From the NCBI RefSeq assembly GCF_964204645.1, contig NC_134030.1, positions 11,801,947 to 11,865,946 of the forward strand: a DNA stretch of 64,000 nucleotides, read 5' to 3'. The position numbers and the translations under genes were made by a program. Below the pieces are notes generated by a model. It ran no database searches and had not been told where the DNA came from. It saw nothing but the letters and a program-made list of their open reading frames with translations. Source of the stretch: Tubulanus polymorphus. Taxonomy: Eukaryota > Animalia > Nemertea. This document shows positions 11,601 through 23,900 of the stretch, one piece after another; within the stretch, counting starts at the first letter, position 1, and the number at the start of each line of letters is the position of its first letter.

Positions 11601-14600
11601 TGGTGATTTTTTCCAAAGCAATTAAAACATGCCTGTTTCGATTTAAAATTCTCCAATAGATCGCACACATTCAGATGGCATTCGTTCGGCAAATTATGTT
11701 GTTTTTCGCAGAACGGACAATTTAAATTTTAAAAAAAAACGAGGGGTTGACGAGTGCGGATATGCTGTATTCGGTAACTGAGGCTTTCCAGCTGTTCCGT
11801 GAGCGCAGCAATAAACAATTTGAGGTCAAAGTGTGTAGTTTGACCGCAAGTACCCATCTTTTCTAGGAGGGTTTTCGGTAGTTTCCTCTCCAGCAAAGGA
11901 ACGAGTATTGGCGCGCATTTGTCGATATTCACTTGCAGATGTTGTAGCGACCGCATATCTCCGTTTATCTGGTTAAAAAAGTGGCTGATTGATGCGTAAT
12001 CGAGATTCGGATGTGTGTTGTCGAATAGATTCAAAACATGTGCGCGAATAATTTTCCTTGGCTGTCCAAATCTTTCATTTAATATTTCGATAAGAGTAGT
12101 CAAATTAGCGCCAGATGAATGAATTCCTTTTACCACCTCGCGTGCCGTTCCCTCGAGTTGACCCATAATATAGTTGAATCTAGTTATGTCAGTAAAATTA
12201 CTTGACAAGTCATCAGACCGAATCGTGCCCCAAAATGTTGTCCATCTCGTAAAGCTACCATCGAAAGTAGGTAATTTCAATTATGGGAGTTGCGCTGTTT
12301 TCACCGCCTGCGTCGGCTTTTGATTATCTTTCGGCTCTCGCTCAGTTCTCTTCCAGGAAAATTTTTAGCTGAACCAGTCGTCGTTTGTCTTTGATTCTAT
12401 GCGCAACTATACTCTGACACTCTGCTCCGTAATCTTCCGCTTCTTTCATTAGCTCTTTCAATTTATCATTTAATCCGGCATATTCTTCGAACAAATCTCT
12501 TAAAATATTGGTTGTAACACAAACTTCTTGATTATCACTTTGACTTACGTTGGAACCGGTTACAATCGCTGCAATACCTTCGTATTGAGTCTCGATTGCC
12601 GCTACTAAGATTTCCCGGTCATTCATACAAGCTTGATTTTTGATCTGCTTCTTTCCCGCCTTGGTCGTCATTTTCAGTAGGCGTTGGACAATGCGTTGTG
12701 TACTTTTTTGATATTCCTCTGGACCTAGATCCTAGTCACAGCACCATGTGAAAAGCGGGGTCCAGAAACAGCTTCAAGCTTTTGGTAAGTGTAGCTAGAT
12801 AGGGGAGAAAACCAAGGACCAACTGAACCCAATGGATTCTGACTAACAACTGATTTATTTAGAGTAGAATATTTATGGTCAAGTAACGTTGCTAGGTCAA
12901 ACATGTGGTAAGGATTAAGAAATATAAACAAAGGTGCCTAACTGCCAGAACGGTGCCACGGCAACCGGCTGGGTTCTTGACAACACAGAATGTAGAAATA
13001 CAGTAGAATGTAGATGTCGAGCTTTCTTAGCAAATCGCATGCCACATCGTGTGCTGACAACCACCTCGTCGGGACATAACCTTCCTGGGTTGTGTAATTC
13101 ATAATAAAAAATTCTAGCTATAGTTGACAGCCATTCATCGATATCCTTCGAGTACTTAATGTCACAACAAATGTCCGAAATTAATTTTTAGGCCAGCCGT
13201 AGGCTGAGCCTATTACTAAACAAATGGAGCGAATTTAAATAACATGGTTTCCAGAGCAAATGCTCTTTGTCTGTGTAACTGAGCATATATTCATACAAAT
13301 CATTCATTAAAGCATTATCCATTCTTCAAACTCTACATAGCTGAATTTTGAAAGAGGGCCTCATTAAAAATTATATGAGCTTTTTCGCGAATATCTGATC
13401 ACAAAAATTTTGGCTTTTAAAAGCCAATCAAAAAGCAAAGACTCTTCTATGATTGGCTTAGCCGCAGAAATCAGCAGGTGTCAGCGGTATCGTCTACCGT
13501 TTTGCTTCCTGGTTTTATTTTTAGATCTAAAATTGTATTTCAAGATCGATTTCTGTGAAAGTTTTAGTTGATTATATATTATATTGATTATATTATGTTG
13601 ATTATATATTTTTATTAGCACTACAGAAAATATCATTGACCATTGTGCAAAGTCCGGAAAAAATAGCTTTTTCTTAAATCGGATAGATGACCTTGATATG
13701 ATAATTAGCCATGTGCTCAAACTACAAATTCAATCAAATTTTATTCTGCAAAAAATATCAAATCCAATTCAATTTTGCTTTATTGAGCAAATTTCAGAAA
13801 ATTCTATTCCGTATTAAAATCAATAAGACCAAGGGAAGAGATTTATCTGAGGTATTTGTTCCTGCCAGATCCAGTTGCTGTCTGTGCTACTTTCGTATTC
13901 TATGATTGTATTGTGTAAATTATTAGGTATTGACTCTCAGCTGGGAGTGTAATTTAACCCACAGAATGCATCATCATTTTCCATTTCATGAAAAGCTGAC
14001 AGGCTGGCCATAGTGCCACTTGGGGCTCTTGTTCAACAAACCCATCAGATTCAGATGTATTTTTTTTGGCAGCATTGTGGAACACGATGAAGGCTATCAC
14101 CGTCTATGTCCAATAGGTGTGGGGCAAAATTGGATCGCAGTCTTGTTTCGAAATCCAGTCTTACTCCCACGCATGACACTGCAACTGTCAAAAAGAATTG
14201 ACATCAGATGATGTGATGATAAATGGCGATCGTTGAAAACTTCAACAAATGCTTTCTATACAGATTCGGAATCATCTTTTATCATGTTTTTGTATGCTAA
14301 ATGTTGAACGACGACCTGCTTTTCAATCTTGCTGTAATACGAAGCTAAAATAGTCAAAATTTTCTTGTTTGATTTACTCGTAGCTTCATCTACGTTCAGT
14401 GAGAAGAAACAGTCACCAAATTCGCCTTCTATCGATTCATCTAGTGTCTTAGCCAATCCAAAGCACATTTTGTATGACGCTGCCAAGGCACTCATCTTGA
14501 GATGCTGTAAAGTATGTCTATCTCGACACAGATATTTTGCCAGATTTATAATATTCTGAGCGTTTGTAAAAGGGGTCGACATCTCGGCCAGGTAGCAAAG

Positions 14601-17600
14601 AATTGTGGCTTTTGCAATGGCCACCCTTTCACCAACTGGGACTCTGGGCTGAGATGGCAGGGGCAATTCAGGCGCTGAAGTACTGGTCGCAGCTGCACTA
14701 TTGGACGATGTATCGCCAGCTGCTGGAAGCCAATAATTGGTCTTTCAATCGTCTAAAATCCTTCGGTGGTTTTTAGTACTCGCATGTTGTACGATACATT
14801 TCTTCCCACCATCCTGAGTTTATCACACCAGAGAAAAATCGCTTTCCAGGTTTATTTATTTTATGAACAAATTCGCTAAGCTTAACACCTTTGTGACTTA
14901 CTTCAAGTCCGCTCCAGCACTACACGTTCTTGACATCTTTGTTAATTTCTACCGCATCCAACGATTCTTTATCTACGATCTTGAAATCCATATTGTTTAT
15001 GCTTCACTACAGACTCAGACAACGCTACCGCATGTATCGATTTTCTGTCGATTACATTATTTTAGAACGCTACATGCTGTACTATTTATAGCGCAGTACT
15101 CTGTAGGCTATAGTGCAATAGGCTATACCAGAGATCGACAAAACAATACTCCTAGACGCTTTTACGGTCTGATTTGGTTGTCGATGTCCACGGACCCACC
15201 CTACCCCCCCCCCCCATTTTCACAACGAATTTACACATATCTCAGAACCCGACCAGAATATGAAAAGAAAAATCGCAAGAGGTAAGATTTAAGGAAAAAT
15301 TCAACCATCTTCATTGTTCACGCTGATCCATTCGAACGGTGTCAATTACACCCAATGCTTTCGAGCAGCGTCAATTACGTCTATTTATCAGGTGGAGTTG
15401 AATATTGATTTGTCAGAATGTTAAGGATTTCACCAAGTGGGTGTGGTGTTCCTAGACCTATAGGAAACAGGGTTGAATCTAACTTATGGGAAAAGAGGGA
15501 TGCTCATTGAATATTGGGTAACTACTAATATGTGTTCGTGGCCCGTTAGGTAACATAACCATCACCGTTCAAAAGTGGGGGTCTTGGGGTCCTCCCAAAG
15601 AAAACTTTTTAAAAATTACCCGCATCTAGGTGTATTCTGAGCAATTTTCCGATTTAAACATGCAATGAAATATGCTCAAAATTTCACCAATTTTAAGGGC
15701 AAAATTCAAAGGTCATTTGGTCGAAAAAAAGGGGGATCCGCCACTGGGAAATGGGGCCAAATCTTCCGGGTACCCCTAATTTGATGATTTGAAATGATGC
15801 CATACATTATCATCCCAATATCAGATATGTTTGGGGATTGGCCTGTGCGTGCACCTAAAGTTTCACTTTCATGATACCGGGTAAATCATAGTCCGTGTTA
15901 CATCTTACTGGAACAACCTGAAGTCCTTGAAACCTAGCAGCATGTAATTTACCAATTTCAAATGTCAAGACACAGGAAGGGGCTGTAAACATATGAACTG
16001 ATACCGGCTTTTTAGCCCACTTGGGAGTTTAGTCCCAGCGGGCTATTGCGTTCACTTTTCGTCCGTCTGACCGTAGACGGAATCCAGTTATTTTGGGAAG
16101 TTTTGAAGACGCTTCAAGGTAATGTCTTGATATTTGGTTTATACATGTATCTACCCTAGAAACATCTTCAGGCAAAAAACTGGCCCTATCAGATTCAAGA
16201 TGGCCGACTGGCAGCCATTGTTGTTCGCCAATATCAGCACCTTTTACACATTTTCAAAGTTTTCGAGGGAAATTTTGAAGACGCTTTTATCAATAACCTT
16301 GATTGTTTGTGTATATTTGTACCCCCCAAGGGCCCATCAGCATAAGAAAAATTGGGTTGATCTGACTGAAGATGGCCATCCTATGACCTTTTTAGTGGCC
16401 AAAAATGTAAATTTTGGCCCAAATTCTGAGTCCTGCAGCTTCCTACTGGTTTGCCATTTCTCATTGCAATTTGTGATGGGTATTCTTTGGAAAGGGATGT
16501 TTTGTACCTGAGACATATATTTTTGATCAGCCAATTATGGCGCAATTGGCAGCCATCTTGGCGTCATCAGTACTCATTCGTAGGTGGGAAAAAGTTTTTC
16601 CACATTATATCGATCGATACCTAAGCATATTGTGTTGCCACAATGTATTGGAAACTTGTAGCTCATAACGTTTTCTATGATTTTGGTGAGTTTCAAGGTC
16701 ATTGGTTTTTGTATATGGCCACCAGGGGGCATTGAATAATACAAAAACTTAGTATTTCTATATTATATTTGTACCTACGCATATTTCGTTACCACAATCA
16801 ATTACAAAGTTGTAGCTCATGACATCGTCTATGATTGTGGTGAGTTGCGAGGACATAAGTTATTCTATATGGTCACCAGGGGGCGTTTAATAGTAGAAGA
16901 ACTTGGTATTTCCTTATTAGATTGGTACCTAGGGATATATTGTTACCATGATCAATTGCAAAGTTGTAGTTCATGACATGTTCTATGATTGTGGTGAGTT
17001 TCAAGGACATAAGTTATTCTATATGGTCACCAGGGGGCATTGAAAGTAGAAGAACTTGATATTTCCTTATTACATTGGTACCTAGAGATATTTGGTTACC
17101 ATGATAAATTGCAAAGTTGTAGATCATGACATGTTCTATGATTGTGGTGAGTTTCATGGTCACCAGGGGGCGTTGAATAGAAGAATAACTTGGTATTTCC
17201 TTACTAATTTGGTAACGAAGCATATTTTGTAATCACAATCAATTACAAAATCATAGCTGCTGACAGATTCTATGATTGTGGGGAGTTTCAAGGTCATTGG
17301 TTTTTGTATATGGTCACCAGGGGGCATTGAATATTGAAATTGTTAGATTGTTGAGCATTTGAAACCACTTCCCAAGTGGGCATGGTGTCCCCTGACCCCT
17401 AGTTATTGGTTGTGTGTATACTGGATTGATAAAGTTTCAATTTTATTTTCAGATCTGCATCCAAACGGTCATAATTATTACCTCGCAAGTATATGGTGCT
17501 TCATGGCGTGGAAATGGGCATTTCTACTGTTCTGGTTTTCCCGTAGATACAGAGCTCTCTATGGTGATGAATACAGACTACCGGCATATGAACATATTTG

Positions 17601-17601
17601 A
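2603..17601 (+). CDS. SLC48A1: Heme transporter HRG1 (SLC48A1), 153 aa, 3 exons
   Basis: join(2603..2747,9784..9951,17453..17601), GT-AG, both introns phase 1. Protein: MVDVAPSLCRVKVHLTLAVTGIVIGISSFLVFGLKFQNWHAGSWGLVSGVFATLTLYVHIQYMREIWKTWTYRLKYFIIIG...HQDLHPNGHNYYLASIWCFMAWKWAFLLFWFSRRYRALYGDEYRLPAYEHI. Four TM segments, TM2 His, YYL..W.F..KWAFLL..RYR pattern as in HRG1, and a C-terminal YEHI sorting motif. Confidence 0.93.
2823..3615. mobile_element. Non-autonomous DNA transposon with long TIRs (CACAGGGG termini) and 8-bp TSD; P-like by inference
   Basis: ~270-bp TIRs; TSD CTGTTTGT at 2815-2822 and 3616-3623; second copy at 25110-27153. Confidence 0.85.
3640..5912. mobile_element. Non-autonomous DNA transposon with ~90-bp TIRs (CAGTCAGGAACAC) and TTAGA flanking duplication
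   Basis: CAGTCAGGAACACTTTCCAAAAA... versus ...TTTTTGGAAAGTGTTCCTGACTG; TTAGA at 3635-3639 and 5913-5917; contains a nested element at 3765-4530. Confidence 0.8.
3765..4530 (+). mobile_element. Repeat element with CTAGTCT...AGACTAG termini, copy 1
   Basis: Homologous along its length to the reverse complement of 5973-7580. Confidence 0.75.
6152..6581. mobile_element. Palindromic MITE
   Basis: GGTCCTCCTTAT(C/T)ACCGAGATG termini, long internal inverted arms, GAACTGAGAT subrepeats. Confidence 0.75.
6593..7007. mobile_element. MITE with ~50-bp TIRs carrying telomere-like repeats and a tRNA-like A/B-box segment
   Basis: ACG(A/C)AGTGGATAT..G(T/C)ATACGGC TIRs; GGGTTTAGGGTAAGGG at ~6705-6741; TGGTCTAGTGG at 6791 and GGTTCGAGTCT at 6833. 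Confidence 0.65.
7594..7760 (+). pseudogene. Decayed partial duplicate of HRG1 exon 1
   Basis: 7594-7650 aligns to 2625-2681 (CRVKVHSILAVTGIIIGI versus CRVKVHLTLAVTGIVIGI); weaker match GACCAAATCCAGAATTGACATG to GACTCAAATTCCAAAATTGGCACG. Confidence 0.7.
8197..8497. mobile_element. piggyBac-like MITE
   Basis: CCTCTTCGCTACCAT...ATGGTAGCGAAGAGG followed by TTAA. Confidence 0.6.
8597..9032. mobile_element. piggyBac-like MITE with a nested small MITE
   Basis: CCCTTTCAGTG...CACTGAAAGGG followed by TTAA. Confidence 0.55.
10200..12985 (-). mobile_element. Degenerate BEL/Pao LTR retrotransposon (5' LTR, PBS, gag, start of protease, RNase H region; RT not found)
   Basis: LTR ~12747-12985 (TGT..ACA, AATAAA); PBS TGGTGCTGTGACTAGGAT at 12746-12729; KLPTFDG..W..FW gag; CFNCFGKNHHSRDC and neighbouring zinc knuckles; VFDSS protease-like motif; LYWLRS..KQFVQNRV..WYHVAS..ADILS; frameshifts and stops. 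Confidence 0.9.
10890..11310. mobile_element. Tc1/pogo-like MITE fragment inserted in the BEL/Pao element
   Basis: TA followed by CCGTATTTTCCGGCCAATAAGCCG terminus interrupting Pao pol; the right end is uncertain. Confidence 0.45.
13880..14990 (-). mobile_element. Degenerate hAT-superfamily transposase
   Basis: FFSLNVDEATSKSNKKILTILASYYS (first catalytic D region) and MSILFDSCSVMRGSK.G (second D region); upstream C..H..H zinc-finger remnant; disrupted frame. Confidence 0.75.
16009..17404 (+). mobile_element. Helentron-associated non-autonomous element (HINE/DINE-1/pearl-like)
   Basis: 5' TTTTTAGCCCACTTGGGA; GTCCGTC microsatellite; ~5 tandem 154-bp units; 3' subTIR TTCCCAAGTGGG plus hairpin and CTAGTT; further copies at ~18428-18880, ~23710-24060 and 25516-26782. 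Confidence 0.8.
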
Positions 17602-18166
17602 CTAGGAATCAATAAAAAGAGAAAACATTCGTGGGATGATTAAAATCCTTGGTGCTCAGGCAATGTGCTATAATGTAATACGAAATTTGAATTAAAACGA
17701 AGTTTAATATGGAAAAAAAAGGTGGAAAAAAGAAATGGGCATTTCTACTGTTCTGGTTTTCCTGTAGATACAGAGCTCTCTATGGTGATGAATACAGACT
17801 ACCGGCATATGAACATATTTGACTAGGAATCAATAAAAAGAGAAAACATTCTTGGGATGATTAAAATCCTTGGTGCTCAGGCAATGTGCTATAATGTAAT
17901 ACGAAATTTGAATTAAAACGAAGTTTAATATGGAAAAAAAAGGTGGAAAAAAGAAATGGGCATTTCTACTGTTCTGGTTTTCCTGTAGATACAGAGCTCT
18001 CTATGGTGATGAATACAGACTACCGGCATATGAACATATTTGACTAGGAATCAATAAAAAGAGAAAACATTCATGGGATGATTAAAATCCTTGGTGCTCA
18101 GGCAATGTGCTATAATGTAATACGAAATTTGAATTAAAACGAAGTTTAATATGGAAAAAAAAGGTG
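17511..18166 (+). repeat. Three tandem 221-bp copies of the HRG1 3' coding end, stop codon and AATAAA
   Basis: Units start at 17511, 17732 and 17953 and are near-identical. Confidence 0.95.
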
Positions 18167-18427
18167 TAGGCCTATAATCAGTAGGCCTAAGTCAACCCTG
18201 CTTAATCCAGATCAGTTGAATCTGAATTTTTGGCTAATCCAGATATTATGTACAGTCTACACCTTTTCCTACTTTTACCTATTTTAATGTAAAAAAAGAT
18301 ATGTTGTTTTCCAAAGATTTTGCTTTTATTAATTGATGTTCATTGGTTTCAAATGGTCCAAATTAAAAAGGGGCCACTGTAATACTGCATACAGTCAACC
18401 TCGTTTAAAATCTCATGGTACAGTGGT

Positions 18428-18880
18428 TTTCAACCCACTTTGGGACTTTAGTCCCTGCAGGCTATTGCCTTCACTTTTCAGCCGTTCGTCCATCCGTAGA
18501 AGGGATCCAGTTATTTTGGGAAGTTTTAAAGACGCTTCAATGTAATGTACAGATATTTGGGTTAAACCCCACCCCTCTGGATCCGCGCCTGTTATGATTG
18601 TCATGAGTTTCAAGGTCATTTGTTATTCTGTGCGGTTTTCAGGGGGGCGATGAATAGTAGAATAACTTAGATTTCCTTATTATATTGGTACCTAGGTATA
18701 TTTTGTTACCATGATCAATTGCTAAGTTGTAGCTCATGACATGTTCTATGATTGTGGTGAGGTTCAGCGTCATTGGTTTTTGTGTATGGTCACCAGGGGG
18801 CGTTGAATATTGAAATCGTTAGATTGCTGAGCATTTGAAACCACTTCCCAAGTGGGCATGGTGTCCCTGGACCTAGTAGT
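18428..18880 (+). mobile_element. Internally deleted HINE copy
   Basis: Same 5' and 3' ends as 16009-17404. Confidence 0.7.
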
Positions 18881-20989
18881 TTCTACAAATCAGGCCCATG
18901 CCGAGGAGGGGTTCAGAGATAGCCAATGAATTCCGCTTTTTAAAAAATTTGGATACAATTTTCATGTATTTTTTCCTCGGAAAATGAAGAGGAATCAATT
19001 CTGGAATGATGCGTCCAAGTACTCGGGCACTTCATATTTTAGATGTGTCCTTTTTCAATAGACCAATGATGGGATTAAATCATTTCCTTCGTTTTATTTA
19101 TCCTAATGCAATTAGAAATGATGAGGATTGTCACAATATATGATTAACGTATATGTGTGTATGTATTATCCAGTCCCTTAATTGTTCACCTATGTTCTGA
19201 TGCTTAATTGATACTTGCATTAATCTCGAGGATGGACTGGGACTACATGTTTTAACCAAAAAAAAATATTTTTATATTTTAACTTTTTGGTGCTGAATAA
19301 ATCTCATAGAATTATGCATGTACTTGGGCTTATTCATTTCAAAATGCTGATACCTGGTGGCTAACTTTTCAAACAGTTTGTGTGTCCTGTTGACAGTACA
19401 TCAAAGCTGATTACAATTTGCTCATGCCTGTTTCAACAAGCGCATCTGAAAGAAAACTCCAATTCTGGAAAATCTTTTGTGACAGTCGTCATGTACTATC
19501 GTGAGCTGAGCATAAGCCCCACAGCTGGCCAGATATATAAAGAATATATTGAGGGACTTTCGCTTTAGGGAAGTCCATTTTGTTATCGCATAAGAAATTT
19601 TTTTCCTTTGGTACAAAATAACTTCCAAACGAGGCTTAGTTTCTCCTCGGAACTTTAAAACATTCAATGCAGTAATGAAAGCTCTAACCCCATTGAACTT
19701 CATCGGAATCCATTGGTTATTTATCAATTTAGTTATTTGTTGTTGGAACTAAACTTCGTTTAGGAAGAACACATACCCTTTTACGTATATTCATGGTTCA
19801 CACACGTGCTCGTTGCAGACTTGCTGCTATTGGTGTATTTATCTGCACATGTATATGAAAAGCGCGCCTCGCACGTGGCCTAGTTAAAGTTTTCCTGGAA
19901 ACTGCAAATGATTCAACTGCCAGGGTTCGTCGCAGGCCTCGGAAAGCAGTGAATTTTAGAGATGGGCAGAATTTTATAGATTATTCAAACGAACTGTATT
20001 CCTTCAATTCTAGGACCTATGACGAAAACAGTTGTACAGCGAGCTCAGCACCTTCTAAGTCTATCATCAAATAGTAACTATATATTTAAATCAATGGTTG
20101 TTTTCACTTGCAAAGCCGTCGGAAGGGATTTTTCAGTGGCAAGGCTTATTTCCAAATGGGTGTGGGGGCTCTCCCCCAGAATAATTTTGAAAATTCAATC
20201 ACCGGAGATGCGTTTTGGGGCCATTTCACGGTCTCATTCACAAGCATGAGAAGTCGTGAGCAACCACCTAGTACAAAGAACGAGCTGCTACTCGGTACAT
20301 CGAGCTTATGAAAAAGCATTAAAAAATTTTTGGTTAAGCAAAAATGTGGGGCGGCTCCGACGGCTCTGACCTGGCATCAATTTCTCATGATTCGATCTGT
20401 TACAGTAGACTATTCCCTACTAAGTACCACCCAACTGGGTAAACCACTCAAATCAGTCAATTCATCACTCAATTCAACTAAAATTTCCGTTCTTAACTCG
20501 GAATCTGGTCAACTGGATTTTTCAAAATATTTACTGACCTATTGCTACCAAATAAGGCAGAGTCAACTGTATGCAAGTGTCTAAAATAGGGGGAGTCAAC
20601 AGAAGAGAAATAAATCGATGAATTAATATAATAACCATTTCTATATTTAATTTACAAATTCACACTACATCATATGTATGATTTGATTTAGACCTAAGCC
20701 AATTGAGATAAACAACTTGCGCAAAAAAATGTTAACCACATCAAAATACCGTACGAATTAAAAGCTAGGGTGGCCCTAACAGAGAAACAGATGTAAATTT
20801 TGAAACTGAGCGAATAGCAACCACAAAAGGTAGATAATTCGATCAAAAATCATAAAATAGGTACTTATAGGCCTAGATCATTTCGGTCACTATAAACTCC
20901 ACGTTCACATTTAAATCATTATCAACTATCTACATTTCCAAGACCATCCCTAACAATTTAAGTCCACATCTTTCTAACACTACAAATAT

Positions 20990-23900
20990 TCAAAGCACAT
21001 GACGTGTTCCATGGGCAAGGGATTTAGGTGTGGGTTGTTCACTCAAACTTTCTCGACTGGGTGGCCCTGGGGTCGGCACGGGTAAATCGAGTGGAGGCAG
21101 TGATGGCTTTGCACGTTTAGTTTCATGAACGCGAATCTTCGCGAAGTATCCGGCTGGCGGTTTCTCCAATCCCAACTTATCAAGAACGCATTTGTCGTAT
21201 AGTGACTGCGACTTTCTACAACTGAAACATAAATGAGAAATAGATCATGATTGAATAAAGAGCTATATTCAAAGCTATATTGTGCAAAGCAGCGATGAAG
21301 GAGTTGGCACGGCAAGCACAGCAGTGTAGATGAATAGCTATGAATTGTAAAAAATTTGGTTGTTTCATTTGTGATCTAATCACATTATATACTACCCGAT
21401 CCTTACAATCTAAAATTCGATTTTACTAAATTCTGTCTCATTTAACACTCAATTTTATGATCACCTTTGCCTCAGCAGCTCCAATTTTATGGAATGTTTT
21501 ACCTTTTATGCAGGCGTCAATGAATGACCTGAACCCCCTGGTTGAGGCAATTGACAGGCATACGATCAATACGATGTCCATACGATGCTATTTGCCTGCC
21601 GTACATGAATCAATTCATTATTGTTTTTTAATAGACTGCCTAACGAAACGGATTTTTGAACTTCCGTATCAATGTTGTATCCTGTACTGACGGAATATTA
21701 ATGAAATTGAATAAATGTCGGACTGTAGGTGATATAAATAACCTGTGGCACACCTGGTTCACATTATAGGTCAGCCGTCAATTACCCGCAGTTCTTGGCG
21801 CTGCATTATAAGAGCTGCATTATAATAATCTGTAATCTAGAATGCTTATATGAATTGCCGCTTTTTGATGCACCGGACCCATTGACACTCGTTGTCGGTT
21901 GTTAACACATAATTAGTGAGACCGGTCGATGTCGATTCCTCTGTAAGAAATGACTGTAAGAACATTGAATGCCTTATATCTCTGTTGGCAGTTGACGTAT
22001 AGATGTTCAATGCCTCGGAGCACAAAAACCGACCAAAGTCTTATTGTGATAGTATGCTCGTCTGACCAGTAAGCCATGTCTGTGAATCCTTGTCGTATGC
22101 CTGACATATTGAAAATAGAAATAATCGAATGCCTCAACCGGGGGTTCAGGTCATTCATTGACACCTGCATTAGACTTAAATTCCATTTTTTGCAATGGAT
22201 AGGTAAAGATATGTTTTTGCCTGCAAAAGTATTTGCGTTGACAAAGCAGTTCCACAATAGTCAGAAGTCAGAGGATGCGATCAATGTTAGTTAGTGTTAT
22301 GAGTTACAGAGATTTAACAGGGTCCAGTTTCGCAGAGTTAATTAATTTAACTCCATTAACCCTTTAACTGGCAATCGGTCGCTAGCGACCGATTTGAATA
22401 GACCAGCTATAGTGAATAGAATAGTCAAGTATTGATTTCAGTGAAGCATTCTAACTCATTTTCCTATCAGCAGATGGCGACACCAGACGGCCTACAATGT
22501 CTAAAAAGGTTGGAAAGTGATATATCATACATTTGGCATGTAGAAGGGGGTATGGAAACCACATGTCACGTGGGTCAGATTTCCAAAATTGAGAATATCG
22601 TTAGTAGTAATGGCCAATGCACTAAAGACGTTCTCTAGTGAGTTTGGCTGATATTTTGGACATAGTAATGAAAGATTCTGATGATAATTCATATTGGGAT
22701 GAATCTCATGACAGTTTTTTATTATGGCTGGCCCAAAAATCTGGATGACCTTGGGATGTGTGACCTTGGGATCAGACCCTGAAGGTAACTCCCAAAGTTC
22801 GCAAACATGGTATCATTTGAAAGCATGTGAAAAGAGCTTTCATAAAAAACATACAGTATTGGGTTATCCCTCACATCTACTGAGTTATTAAGTTTTTCCC
22901 TTGCAAGGTCCAAAATCTCTCATAGGCCGAAAAATACTTGCCGGTTAAAGGGTTAAATGATATGAAACTAAAAGTTAAACAGAATAAAACAAGCAAGTTT
23001 TAAAACTCAACTCTATTTTCCTATTTCTAACGGACTGCTGAAGGAAAAACCTGTGCCAAAAGTCTAACAGTCAAGCCTGGACAAGTTGAATCTGAGGGAA
23101 ACGACTACTTCTGTACCCTGACTAGCATATGCTGAATTGTTGATATCTATTATCACTGGGTTTTTGTTATTAAAACTTATGTTTGAGACTCCGTTTGAGT
23201 TTGAAAATCGAGAAAATTGTTCATTTGCTGACATAAGAATAGTTCTAGAGTCCAACCAAACCAACAGACTTAAAATTATCAGACATGACTCTTCAAATTC
23301 ATTGACACCTAGATGATGATCTCTATGATTTGATTGCCCTAATATTTCATGTAACACGTAAATGCTTACAAAATTTCCAAAGAAAACTTCAAAATCAGTT
23401 ACTTATCTGAACTTACTATTTGGGATGGAGATCTTTACTTTTCACATCTAAACATGTCATGTATGAGGTGAACTCTTCCATGCAATTGTTTCTGAGTTTA
23501 TGGAAGAATTCAATACCACAGCGTGTAACTTCTTTTCCTTCTTTGATACATTTTCTCGGGTCATTTTCCTCGGAGACACACAACATAAACTCCTAAATAT
23601 AACATTTGTAACCATTTTCATTTACCAATTAAGATTAAACTTAACTAGGTGTTCAAGAACACCATGTCCACTACAATCTAATGATTTCAATATCCAATCC
23701 TCCTGGTGAACATATACTGAAACCTTGTAACTCGCCACAATCATAAAAAATGTCATGGGCTACATTTTTCTAATGGTGTACCGGCACACCCCAGATGATG
23801 CAACAATGCACTCGGGTATAGATAGAGAAAATTAGTTCATTTTCAATGTACTTTGAACTGGATTTTTTGGCTCCGAAATGGAAATTTTATCAAACAAGTC

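Noticed and set aside
16600-17340. Regular repeats with conserved GGTCACCAGGGGGC cores resembling a CRISPR array
   Set aside because: The intervening sequences are also homologous (154-bp tandem units), there are no unique spacers or cas genes, and the context is eukaryotic
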